Under the pieces are notes generated by a model, which was not told the origin of the DNA, did not search any database, and saw only the letters and a list, made by a program, of their open reading frames with translations. Shown piece after piece: positions 8,221 through 16,440 of a stretch of DNA of 27,491 nucleotides; position 1 is the first letter of the stretch; every line of letters starts with the position of its first letter. Source of the DNA: a virus. Its lineage: Duplodnaviria; Caudoviricetes. The position numbers and the translations under genes are program-made. Location: IMG/VR virus record IMGVR_UViG_3300017778_001401, positions 1 to 27,491 of that record; one strand, written 5' to 3'.

Positions 8221-8424
8221 TCATATTTCATCCTCCTCATCGGGGTATTCTTCCTTGTCGGCACGGTCTTCGTCTGTCTCGAAAGACGTGTGCGCTGCCT
8301 CCCAGTCTCGCTGAATCTGGCGAAGCCGCTCCTCCTCGGCGTGCTGCTCTGCCGGAATGGCTTTGTACCGCTCAATCTGTTTAAGCAGGTCCGCCTGCAT
8401 TTCATCAAACAAGTTGTGTTTCAT
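8221..8424 (-). CDS. Small acidic protein (67 aa, 22 D/E)
   Basis: First ORF after the promoter at 8478-8506, with an AAGGG RBS. Acidic C-terminus TDEDRADKEEYPDEEDEI. Confidence 0.7.
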   Translation of the reverse strand: MKHNLFDEMQADLLKQIERYKAIPAEQHAEEERLRQIQRDWEAAHTSFETDEDRADKEEYPDEEDEI

Positions 8425-8435
8425 ATTTTAGCCCT

Positions 8436-8506
8436 TAGTAGTTTAGAAGTAAAGCGTTTACTGAAGTAAACAATTGCATTATACCTTATGTGCAGAGAAG
8501 TAAACA
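8436..8506 (-). promoter_or_regulatory. Promoter P1 and leader: TGTTTACT-N15-TATAAT, +1 hairpin, CTTCTAAACTACTA box
   Basis: TGTTTACT at 8499-8506, TATAAT at 8478-8483, hairpin at 8456-8471 and box at 8436-8449. Same architecture at 14704-14775 and 18350-18422. Confidence 0.75.
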
Positions 8507-8515
8507 CTTTATTTT

Positions 8516-9898
8516 CTATTGGCCCTCCTTTTCTTTCACTTTTTTTGTGTAGTCCCTAACTGCATTCATTAAAGCCTGCTGAGTTTTGTCTTTAGCATTG
8601 ATGGCAGCCACGATAGCCTCGTCAATAGTGTCTTTGGCAATAATCTGATGAACTACGATGTTGTTGCGTTGCCCTTGGCGCCATAGACGCCGAATAAACT
8701 GCTCATAGGTTTCTAATGACCACGTATTACTGAACCAGATCACGGCATGACCTGCCCCTTGCAAATTTAAGCCGTGGCCGGCACTTTGTGGGTGTGCCAG
8801 CAAAACCGGATACTCACCGTTGTTCCACTTGTCAATGACGGCCTGCATCTCTTTACCTGTACTGCCTGAACCAATGTGAGGCGCGTGCGGAAATAATTTC
8901 TTTAAACGTTGTAAATCATGTCTAAAGTGATAACCAATAATGCACGGTTTACCGTTTAAGCCTTCAACCAGCTCTTCAACGGCATTTAACTTCTCTTCGT
9001 GAATCTCTTTGATTTCACGCTCATTGCCGTCGATATATACTGCGCCATTTGCAATTTGCTGGCACTTTCCTACAGCAACAGCGGCATTTGTAGCTGTTAC
9101 TTGATTGCTTTCAAACTCGATAAGAAGCTTATCTTCAAGTTCCTTATAGACTGCTCTAGCTGCTTTGGGTAGATCCACATAAACCCGATTGAGCAACAAT
9201 TCTGGCATATCAAGATAGTCCTCAGCTTTCATGCGAAGGACTTTATCCGCAAGAAGCGAGTAAATCGTATCGGCTGAGCCTTCTTTTAAAGCCCATGTGT
9301 AGCCGCCAAAGCCTGTTTGATAAAAGTAATTAGTGCGAAAATGCGTGATAAACCGACCAAAGGTTGCGCCTCGATCAATCACAAGCTGTGGCCCAAATAC
9401 ATCAAGCAAGCTGTTAGGCGCAGGTGAGCCTGTTAGCCCAAACCGACGCTTAAACCTGTCAAGAAATACAGCAAGTGACTTAAACCGCTCAGTACGTGTA
9501 TTTTTCAAGTAGCTAATCTCATCCACTACAAGCATGTCATAAGGAAACGGTTTGCCGTTTAAAACTTTAGCTAGCCATTGCAAGCCTTCAAAGTTAATTA
9601 CATGAATGTCCGACATGTCTTCAATGCTTTTGTCTTTATTAGGCCCGTGAATAACCGTAATGCTAATGCCTGCAAAGTTATCCCACTTCTTAATCTCTTC
9701 AGGCCATACTGCATACGCCGGTCTAAGTGGGGCAACAATAAGCGCTTTCTTTACAGCGCCTGCTTGCTTTAGAATTTTGAATGCTTCTAAAGTAATACTG
9801 GTCTTACCTAGCCCAGGGTCAAGCCACAGTTGGCCTGAGCCATTGCTAACTAAAAACTTTACAGCTTTTTTCTGGTATTCATGAGGTTCCCAAAACAC
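8516..9898 (-). CDS. SNF2-family (SF2) helicase (460 aa)
   Basis: PHEYQ Q-motif, DPGLGKT Walker A, VVDEIS, LTGSP, SAGHGLNLQ and QFIRRLWRQGQ. Confidence 0.92.
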   Translation of the reverse strand: MFWEPHEYQKKAVKFLVSNGSGQLWLDPGLGKTSITLEAFKILKQAGAVKKALIVAPLRPAYAVWPEEIKKWDNFAGISITVIHGPNKDKSIEDMSDIHVINFEGLQWLAKVLNGKPFPYDMLVVDEISYLKNTRTERFKSLAVFLDRFKRRFGLTGSPAPNSLLDVFGPQLVIDRGATFGRFITHFRTNYFYQTGFGGYTWALKEGSADTIYSLLADKVLRMKAEDYLDMPELLLNRVYVDLPKAARAVYKELEDKLLIEFESNQVTATNAAVAVGKCQQIANGAVYIDGNEREIKEIHEEKLNAVEELVEGLNGKPCIIGYHFRHDLQRLKKLFPHAPHIGSGSTGKEMQAVIDKWNNGEYPVLLAHPQSAGHGLNLQGAGHAVIWFSNTWSLETYEQFIRRLWRQGQRNNIVVHQIIAKDTIDEAIVAAINAKDKTQQALMNAVRDYTKKVKEKEGQ

Positions 9899-10166
9899 GG
9901 TCTATCCCTTCTTTTGAGTCAATTGTGTAGACATTGTGCGAAAGACTTTGTAAATCAGCATGCACTTTGGTTTGTAGTGCCGATAGCTGCCCACCAGGGC
10001 GCTTTAGTTCTACCCACAAAACACGACCATTAGACAATGGCACAATACGATCAGGCCAACCACGAGCATAGCGCACATTTAGCTTAAGCGTTAGTAGCTT
10101 AAGCTCTTTGCACTTTTTAGAGAAGTATGCTTCAAGATGCCGCTCAAGAATAACTTTGGTTACCAT
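9879..10166 (-). CDS. VRR-NUC domain nuclease (95 aa)
   Basis: GWPDRIV...WVELKRPGGQLSALQ PD-(D/E)xK motif. ATG at 10166 overlaps the upstream stop. Confidence 0.88.
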   Translation of the reverse strand: MVTKVILERHLEAYFSKKCKELKLLTLKLNVRYARGWPDRIVPLSNGRVLWVELKRPGGQLSALQTKVHADLQSLSHNVYTIDSKEGIDRVLGTS

Positions 10167-10798
10167 TTGCAAGGGCCACCATTGCTCTTGCGAAAGTGGC
10201 AAAACTTGCACAAACCTGATGGATTGGCTGCAAAGATATTGTCTTTGTTAATTGTGCTTATGCGATTGGCAAGTTCATCTTTGTACTTGCCAAGTTCATC
10301 ACGAGTAATACGAGAGTATTGCACATTCTTTTGTGAGTCAATGAACTCAATAACTAAGTTTACACGATTAATGTGAGGTTTAGTAGCCAACACAACCGCG
10401 GCATACACAGACACTTGATCTACATAGTCACGTTCTTTGCCTGTCTTAAAGTCAAGCACTGTGGCTGTATCGCCTTCTTCAAAGTACAGGTCAATCACGC
10501 CGCGAAACCACGCATTCTTGTCTTTGTAATCTACAAGATCCCATGCCTCGTTAATAGCAAACTGCATTTCAGACTGTGCGTTAGATAGCTTCCACTTATT
10601 TAGCTGTGGTATTAAGTACTGAACAACATTCGATGCCAGTGGCAATTCACCTTTAATAATGGATTCAATCTCGGAGTGAATTAGACTACCTCTAGATGCG
10701 GCATCGCCTGATGGTTCTTGCAATCGATCAATACGATTAAACTTGTACCGCGAAGGACATTGCTCATAGAGCTTTACCGCCGAATAGGAATATGCCAT
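10160..10798 (-). CDS. PD-(D/E)XK Cas4/RecB-like exonuclease with putative Fe-S cluster (212 aa)
   Basis: SYSAVKLYEQCP, GSLIH, GVID, LDFKTG, QVSVYA and C-terminal CKFCHF...C cysteines. Confidence 0.88.
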   Translation of the reverse strand: MAYSYSAVKLYEQCPSRYKFNRIDRLQEPSGDAASRGSLIHSEIESIIKGELPLASNVVQYLIPQLNKWKLSNAQSEMQFAINEAWDLVDYKDKNAWFRGVIDLYFEEGDTATVLDFKTGKERDYVDQVSVYAAVVLATKPHINRVNLVIEFIDSQKNVQYSRITRDELGKYKDELANRISTINKDNIFAANPSGLCKFCHFRKSNGGPCKW

Positions 10799-12615
10799 TA
10801 TTTAACCTCTGCAAAGTTGCTGCCAATCTTGGCTTCTGCAATTAAAGGAACATCCAATGTAAATGCATGAATCATGCAATGAGCTAACTTATCAGCTTCA
10901 CGTTGAACAACATCGGCTTTTGCTGAAATAATCAGCTCATCGTGCAAAGACAAAAGCAACCGAGCATCTTTAGCAACGCGCCAATAGTTAATCATTGCCT
11001 GCTTTGCCATGTCTGCGCCACTACCTTGAATTAGTGTATTCAGTGACTTAAACCCAAAGTTCATAAGTTTACCGTTAATGATCTTAGGCGGTTCGCCTTT
11101 AACTAACCGGCCACCAATAGTAGAGAACGGGGCACGTATCTTGTACCTGTCCATTAAGTCGTTGTTGACTTTGTCAAGCCCAGGGGCTACCTCAGACTTA
11201 TAAAGATCTATCAGCTGACGGGCTTCTGCATAAGGTATGCCTAGCATTTCACATATCTTCTTAGGGCCTGCGCCATACAAGATACCAAAGGACATAGTTT
11301 TGGCATAGTCTCTAATGACCGTCTTGCCAGACTTTTCACTCATCAAATTAGCAGCAAAAGCATGCAGATCAGCATTAGGATCTTTACGATACTGATCGGC
11401 CAGCTTACCGTCCTCAAAGTGTGCAAATAACCGCAGCTCTTGAGCTTGAAAGTCAGCCGCTGCCATCATGTGGCCTTCATCAGGCAAGATAAACTCACGA
11501 ACCTTAGGAATTATTAAGTCTTGCAGTATTTCCGGCAATGGGGTCTTAGGCCCACGTGTTGGCATGGTCTGTAGTGTTGGCTTAGCCGACAATCTGCCGG
11601 TTCGTGTACCACCAGCCTCACCGCGGACGGTATTCCATTCCGTGTAGATCCTTCCTGTTGAAAGCGATTGACTTAGCCATGGTTCTATATAGGTGCCGGT
11701 TAGTTTAACCAACACGTCCCTATGCCGTAGGACGGAGGATAACTCCGTGTCGGTTAGCATTACTTTTAGCGTGTCTTTGTCAGATAATGGGGTACCTTTG
11801 TCACTTGTGGGCCATTGCTTGTTTGTGTCATACACGCCTTTTTCCATAACAGCCTTTACAAGCTGAGCGCCGGAATTAAAGTTAAGCTCATAACCAAAGT
11901 ACTTAAACAGCCAGACTTCACACATCTGAATATCAGCATTGGCTTTTTCAAGGCTAGCGTTTAAGCCGTCACGATTTACACGAATGCCTAGCTTACTGTT
12001 TTCCAGCAACACCGGCATTAGTCGTATTTCACGAAGGTAAGCCTCAGGCATTGCATCGCGGACTTCTTTAGTGAAATCCCATAATCCTGCAGTAAGCCGT
12101 ACATCGGCCTCGGCATACTTACCTACAAGATCGGCAGGACCACGAGCAATGTAAGCGCCTGCCTGTTTAGGCTTCTTACGAACAGCTTCGATGTTCATAG
12201 TTAGCCAGTCAAACAGCTCATCGCGTTCTTCTGGTTGCACATTTAACCAGTCTTTACATAGCTCTTTTAGCGATAAGCTCCTAACATATGGATCATAAAG
12301 AAATGCAAGCACCATAGTGTCGTGCAAACATCTTGGGTCAATAAACGGTAGGTCAAATTTTTCATAGATGATTGCCATGTCAAACATTGCATTGTGAAAA
12401 CACACATGTCTACCAGACGCCCACATGTCTTGCAGCATTTGTCGAACATGAACAAATGTGGTGTTGTTATTACTATCATGCGCAAATGCAAAGTAGCCAG
12501 ACTTAAATTGTCCTGTCCTGTCAAGCACCGCCAAGCCAACTGGCTTAGGCGGATACTCATGCGGACGTGGACCAATCGCCTCGGACTCAAAGTCAAGGAA
12601 GATTGGATCCATCAT
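10798..12615 (-). CDS. polA: Family A DNA polymerase with 3'-5' exonuclease (605 aa)
   Basis: Exonuclease motifs DFESE, HNAMFD and YAEAD. Polymerase motifs TRTGRLS, A (DFQAQELR), B (RDYAKTMSFGILYG) and C (LHDEL). Confidence 0.95.
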   Translation of the reverse strand: MMDPIFLDFESEAIGPRPHEYPPKPVGLAVLDRTGQFKSGYFAFAHDSNNNTTFVHVRQMLQDMWASGRHVCFHNAMFDMAIIYEKFDLPFIDPRCLHDTMVLAFLYDPYVRSLSLKELCKDWLNVQPEERDELFDWLTMNIEAVRKKPKQAGAYIARGPADLVGKYAEADVRLTAGLWDFTKEVRDAMPEAYLREIRLMPVLLENSKLGIRVNRDGLNASLEKANADIQMCEVWLFKYFGYELNFNSGAQLVKAVMEKGVYDTNKQWPTSDKGTPLSDKDTLKVMLTDTELSSVLRHRDVLVKLTGTYIEPWLSQSLSTGRIYTEWNTVRGEAGGTRTGRLSAKPTLQTMPTRGPKTPLPEILQDLIIPKVREFILPDEGHMMAAADFQAQELRLFAHFEDGKLADQYRKDPNADLHAFAANLMSEKSGKTVIRDYAKTMSFGILYGAGPKKICEMLGIPYAEARQLIDLYKSEVAPGLDKVNNDLMDRYKIRAPFSTIGGRLVKGEPPKIINGKLMNFGFKSLNTLIQGSGADMAKQAMINYWRVAKDARLLLSLHDELIISAKADVVQREADKLAHCMIHAFTLDVPLIAEAKIGSNFAEVK

Positions 12616-12616
12616 G

Positions 12617-13363
12617 CTAGTACTTGCTCGACTTTTCTGCTGTTACAGGAACATCAGTGTCTTCTTCAACGCCGGCTGTTGCAATTGCATTGGCCAGTTC
12701 TTTCTCACTGCGAGCGATTAAAGCGCGTACAACATTAATGTCGTCAATGGTACGAACAAAGTCAAAATTAACTTTAAACTGTGTCTTAGCATCTGGCACT
12801 ACGCTAATGCGTGTAACAACAGCCGACAATGGCCGTTTAGTAGTGCTTGCAATCTTTTGCAAGTAAGTGGCAAAGCCGCGAACACTTGTAACCGGTGTGC
12901 GAAGTGCTGCCACTTCACCTGCATTTACTGCTTCAACCGAGCTAACGGTATCAGCTGTCATAATTAACAGCCTACGCTTTTCAGCGCATGCTTTGCCTTT
13001 GCCACCATTGGCAGAACTGCCCCATTGGTCTTTAGGGCAATTTGAGCAAGTAGCAAATTGCTTTTCAGTTGCATTTACATTAGGCTTTAAGTCTGACATG
13101 GTTGAGCCAAGCGCAAAACACACCGGACCTGCAGGCTTTGTTGGGTCATACCGGCTAGTGTAGTACAGCCGCTCAACAGGGCTGCTTAAGATCACCACCT
13201 CGATCTGATTGTTAGCAATCGGGTTATCCCGATACGTTAACACACCGCTTTTGGTGCTTAAAAACTGAGTACCTACAGTACTACGTTCTGCCACCATGCT
13301 TGCCGCGGCCAGCTTTTCCAGTTCATTTTCGAACAATGCCAATTGATTTTCAGGTTTAGCCAT
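12617..13363 (-). CDS. Putative phage ssDNA-binding/annealing protein with Cys cluster (248 aa)
   Basis: VC...CSNCPKDQWGS...GKGKACAEKRRL, an acidic C-terminal tail and position next to the polymerase. AGGAG RBS. Confidence 0.6.
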   Translation of the reverse strand: MAKPENQLALFENELEKLAAASMVAERSTVGTQFLSTKSGVLTYRDNPIANNQIEVVILSSPVERLYYTSRYDPTKPAGPVCFALGSTMSDLKPNVNATEKQFATCSNCPKDQWGSSANGGKGKACAEKRRLLIMTADTVSSVEAVNAGEVAALRTPVTSVRGFATYLQKIASTTKRPLSAVVTRISVVPDAKTQFKVNFDFVRTIDDINVVRALIARSEKELANAIATAGVEEDTDVPVTAEKSSKY

Positions 13364-13374
13364 TTTAGAAACTC

Positions 13375-13749
13375 CTATTTACGTGACTTAGTGATTGAAA
13401 TGCCCCATATCTCAGCAATGGAAGAGCCGGGTATCTCTTCACCTGCTTCCCAGCGATCCTTAAATGCAGTACTGCTGAGCCTCTTATGCAATAAATCAAA
13501 ACTGTTTGTAGTTGTGACATACGCATAAAACTTGTCCCAATCCGTAATGGTTGGATGTTTGTTCTTGTTCATTGAAACCGAATGGCCAAGATCAGATGCC
13601 GCTTTCATAGTGCCTGCCTCATTCATGGCATGCATAAGATCGCGCTCTAGTATTGCAATTTGCTTACCAAGGTCTTCATCTTTCTTGGATAGCTCGGTGC
13701 GTTGGGCTCTTACCTCAACAAGTTTGTTAATTATTTCAGATAGATTCAT
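13375..13749 (-). CDS. Conserved phage coiled-coil protein of the replication module (124 aa)
   Basis: N-terminal coiled coil and ITDWDKFYAY...LLHKRLSSTA...GEEIPG, a pattern common upstream of SSB-like genes. Confidence 0.65.
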   Translation of the reverse strand: MNLSEIINKLVEVRAQRTELSKKDEDLGKQIAILERDLMHAMNEAGTMKAASDLGHSVSMNKNKHPTITDWDKFYAYVTTTNSFDLLHKRLSSTAFKDRWEAGEEIPGSSIAEIWGISITKSRK

Positions 13750-14206
13750 ATTTACGCTCTAAAAAAGAAGGGTGATAAAAGTATTGCGTAATGCCGGCTT
13801 CATTAAACATAAGGTCTGCTAATTTCCATGACTTAGCCCATCGGTCATTTTCATTCATAACCGACACATGTTGTGTAATGCCAGCTTGTATCATCATAGC
13901 AGCGCATTGACTGCATGCCTGCATTGGCCATGTATACATTGTGCAATCTTTAAGCGTTTGCTTTGCAAATAGTATAGCATTAGTCTCAGCATGCAATGTC
14001 ATCATAAGCTTAGTTTCACGGTCATTTAGACGGTCGGCATGGTCTTTAACATTAGGCGGAAAACCGTTAAAGCCTAGGCTCACAATTGCATTGTCAGAGC
14101 TTACGATAACAGCACCGCATTTAGTGGATGGGTCTTTTGACCATGAGGCAACCAGCCTAGCCATGTTTAAATACCTATGATCCCATTTAACCCCTGATCT
14201 AGACAT
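13736..14206 (-). CDS. dCMP deaminase (156 aa)
   Basis: WSKDPSTKCGAVIV, GFNGFP, HAETNA and CSQC zinc motifs. ATG at 14206 follows GGAG. Confidence 0.92.
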   Translation of the reverse strand: MSRSGVKWDHRYLNMARLVASWSKDPSTKCGAVIVSSDNAIVSLGFNGFPPNVKDHADRLNDRETKLMMTLHAETNAILFAKQTLKDCTMYTWPMQACSQCAAMMIQAGITQHVSVMNENDRWAKSWKLADLMFNEAGITQYFYHPSFLERKYESI

Positions 14207-14693
14207 CACCAGCTCCCATCCAGTTAGGCTGCTGACCTTTGCCACGATAGTAGGTACGTGCCCACAAAGGGTTTTTAGACTGGTAGTACCGACGGTATGC
14301 CTGCACTGTGTCATAGTGCTTGTGTTCATCCGGCATGCATTGTGGCGGGTTATCCCAACGGTAATTATCAGAAATTGCAGGCGGTGGATTTTTGAGCTCG
14401 CCTTGTAGCATAGCTAAGCACTTGTGCACTTTGCCATACCTGAATGTAAATTCTTTGCACAAGTTAATGGCCAACTTAACTACCCATGCATAATGCTCAG
14501 CAGTTGCACGAGTCCAGATTGCCGATGGGTGATTTTTATGTGTAGGTTTGTAAGTAACATTGTGGCCATTGCCATGCTCATGATGAGCCGTAGCCAGCAT
14601 TTGGCATGATTCCACGACCATTTTGACAACGTGCTTGTCGCAATGAAACTGTGCTGCAATTTGCGGTAGATGGTGTAGATAGAAGATGTTCAT
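14199..14693 (-). CDS. Pyrimidine-dimer DNA glycosylase/endonuclease V-like protein (164 aa)
   Basis: MNIFYL...HCDKHVVKM..E..QML, YKPTHKNHPS.IW, RYGKVH and PQCMP...AYRRYY family pattern. Confidence 0.8.
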   Translation of the reverse strand: MNIFYLHHLPQIAAQFHCDKHVVKMVVESCQMLATAHHEHGNGHNVTYKPTHKNHPSAIWTRATAEHYAWVVKLAINLCKEFTFRYGKVHKCLAMLQGELKNPPPAISDNYRWDNPPQCMPDEHKHYDTVQAYRRYYQSKNPLWARTYYRGKGQQPNWMGAGDV

Positions 14694-14703
14694 TTTAGCC
14701 TTT

Positions 14704-14775
14704 TAGTAGTTAAGAAGTTTAGGTGTTTACCGAAGTAAACAAGGGCATTGTACTAGGTTTTTTGGCTAGTAAACA
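14704..14775 (-). promoter_or_regulatory. Promoter P2 and leader: TGTTTACT-N15-TACAAT, +1 GTTTAC-TTCG-GTAAAC hairpin, CTTCTTAACTACTA box
   Basis: TGTTTACT at 14768-14775, TACAAT at 14747-14752, hairpin at 14725-14740 and box at 14704-14717. Confidence 0.75.
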
Positions 14776-14776
14776 C

Positions 14777-15169
14777 TTATTTTCGACTTTTTTCAAATAA
14801 AAGTAAAGCAATAGTTTCTTCTGGTCCGGTCCAGCCTGCAGGTTTTGTGGCATCTTGCTGTGTGCCTCGACTAGTAGCACCGGGGACTTTTTTCATATTG
14901 CAATCATGCACAATGTCAAGAATCTCTGGTAGTGGCAGACCCATGTGATGCGCACAGCCCATGGTGACATAGGCTAAATCAGCAATGGCATCGGCAGCAT
15001 CGACCAAGTTGCCTTTTTCATGGGCTTTAAGCAACTCGCTTAGCTCTTCCATTAGAAACCGTGCATAAAAGCTGATGTGAACAGGCTCTAGCAATTGCGG
15101 TTGATGTGATACCGGCAAGTTTAGTTTGTTACGAAACTGCAAGACCTTAGAGTACATGTCATTTGTCAT
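14777..15169 (-). CDS. MazG-like NTP pyrophosphohydrolase (DR2231/PRA-PH-like, possible dUTPase; 130 aa)
   Basis: MEELSEL...DAADAIADLAYVTMG...VHDCNMKK...KPAGWTGP motifs. Confidence 0.85.
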   Translation of the reverse strand: MTNDMYSKVLQFRNKLNLPVSHQPQLLEPVHISFYARFLMEELSELLKAHEKGNLVDAADAIADLAYVTMGCAHHMGLPLPEILDIVHDCNMKKVPGATSRGTQQDATKPAGWTGPEETIALLLFEKSRK

Positions 15170-15420
15170 TTTTTTACTTTCAGTTTTTTGGTAGGTTTAG
15201 GGCAGTCTTCAGGCGGTACAACGGCGCACCACACTGCTTCTGAAGGCTGTCGTATTTTTGCTATTGTCCATCTGTCAATGTAAGTATCAGGCATGTCGCG
15301 TAAAGCTCGATACACAGTGTCTCGTTTACGATCTAAACGTTCGGCTATTTGCATTGATGTTAACCCATCATGATACTGATGCAATAAGCGCCGAATGTAA
15401 GGGTGGTTTGGCGAGATCAT
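15166..15420 (-). CDS. HTH-like DNA-binding protein (84 aa)
   Basis: GLTSMQIAERLDRKRDTVYRAL helix-turn-helix. Start at 15420 by ATGA overlap with the upstream small ORF. Confidence 0.65.
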   Translation of the reverse strand: MISPNHPYIRRLLHQYHDGLTSMQIAERLDRKRDTVYRALRDMPDTYIDRWTIAKIRQPSEAVWCAVVPPEDCPKPTKKLKVKK

Positions 15421-15521
15421 AGAATTTCTAGTCCTACGTGAAAGCAAAGAAGAATTACAAACACTAATGTAAGTGCGCCTAGGGTCATTAAGCATGACAG
15501 TATAAGAATTGTAGTAAGCAT
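15417..15521 (-). CDS. Small hydrophobic membrane peptide (34 aa), not in ORF track
   Basis: MLTTILILSCLMTLGALTLVFVILLCFHVGLEIL*. TAATG coupling upstream, ATGA coupling downstream and GGAG upstream. Confidence 0.6.
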   Translation of the reverse strand: MLTTILILSCLMTLGALTLVFVILLCFHVGLEIL

Positions 15522-15628
15522 TACGGTCTCCAAATGAATAAGTCTAAGAGTGTAACTGCTATGCAAAGGGCGTAGATAGTAAGCCATAGCCATGTAGGTG
15601 GCTCGTATTTATTGGATGTGTTGTGCAT
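15521..15628 (-). CDS. Small membrane peptide (35 aa), not in ORF track
   Basis: MHNTSNKYEPPTWLWLTIYALCIAVTLLDLFIWRP*. One TM segment that fills the gap in the coupled gene chain. Confidence 0.6.
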   Translation of the reverse strand: MHNTSNKYEPPTWLWLTIYALCIAVTLLDLFIWRP

Positions 15629-15788
15629 GTTCTGATGAAGTTTTTAGTTTAAGTAATTGCGCGATAACTTCGGCGATAACAAGGTCCTCGCCTTGCTTGC
15701 GTTGAATGCGCTTAAGCTCATGAATAACGTAGTCACATCCGTCGTCAAAGCCTGCCACATATTCAGCTAGTAATTGCGGGTCTTTCAT
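15609..15788 (-). CDS. Hypothetical protein (59 aa)
   Basis: MKDPQLLAEYVAGFDDGCDY, with AAGGT RBS before ATG 15788. Confidence 0.6.
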   Translation of the reverse strand: MKDPQLLAEYVAGFDDGCDYVIHELKRIQRKQGEDLVIAEVIAQLLKLKTSSEHAQHIQ

Positions 15789-15957
15789 ATTTACCTTTGC
15801 GTTGTTGTATAAAAACAGCAAATGATGCCGTTGTGTCATCAGGAAATGCTTTCATGTTTAAGATCTCAATAGCCACTTTAGATAGCGCATTGTCCCAGCC
15901 TTGCTGATAACTAACTTCAAGTAGTTCGATTACTTTAAGCTTTTCTTCAGGGCTCAT
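15763..15957 (-). CDS. Hypothetical protein (64 aa)
   Basis: AAGGAG RBS. YQQGWDNAL...AFPDDTTASFAVFI. Confidence 0.65.
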   Translation of the reverse strand: MSPEEKLKVIELLEVSYQQGWDNALSKVAIEILNMKAFPDDTTASFAVFIQQRKGKYERPAITS

Positions 15958-15982
15958 ATGCTTTTCTCCTTTGCTTCTTTAG

Positions 15983-16222
15983 TCATCCGTTCTTCTCCTT
16001 GAGTTTGGCTTCAATTTCTTTGGCAAAATCATCAACATGACCGCCATAGATAATTCTCCATTTATTGCTTAGTTGTAATAACTCCTCATCCGTCAGGCTT
16101 ACCCACTCGCGCTTGTAGACTTGAATGTCGTCGTCTTGATCGTCTTTGCGCTTAGTGTGATGCACAAGGTACATCCCGTCCTCGTCCAGCGCCGCTGCCT
16201 TCTTTGATTTAAATCCGGTCAT
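15983..16222 (-). CDS. Hypothetical protein (79 aa) with WVSLTDEE...IEAKLKEKNG tail
   Basis: TGATG overlap with the upstream gene. C-terminal motif common in small phage genes. Confidence 0.65.
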   Translation of the reverse strand: MTGFKSKKAAALDEDGMYLVHHTKRKDDQDDDIQVYKREWVSLTDEELLQLSNKWRIIYGGHVDDFAKEIEAKLKEKNG

Positions 16223-16440
16223 CACTTCCCCCATATAACGTAGGCCAGCAGCGTGAGTGTTGCGATTACAGCTATCATGGCAAGCAGTACTTTGAAAGTG
16301 TCGGCAAGGTCATTTAGTGGGTCTTCCTGCCCCATCAGAAATCCTTTGATGTACGCATCATTGGTTTCCTGTTGGCGTTGCTTGCGTATAGGGCAGTCAC
16401 GCCCTTGTGTGCAAGTTCCTATGTCGTTACAACAGTTCAT
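16222..16440 (-). CDS. Small Cys-rich protein with C-terminal TM helix (72 aa)
   Basis: MNCCNDIGTCTQGRDCPIR and a hydrophobic C-terminus. AAGGAG RBS and ATGA overlap. Confidence 0.7.
   Translation of the reverse strand: MNCCNDIGTCTQGRDCPIRKQRQQETNDAYIKGFLMGQEDPLNDLADTFKVLLAMIAVIATLTLLAYVIWGK

Noticed and set aside
8193-8408. Alternative 71-aa Arg-rich ORF
   Set aside because: It overlaps 8221-8424, which has the RBS and leader box; a shifted frame of a Glu/Asp-rich gene explains the Arg bias.
10160-10798. Cas4-like nuclease as part of a CRISPR system
   Set aside because: No cas1/cas2 or repeat-spacer array. Stand-alone Cas4-like exonucleases are normal in phage replication modules.
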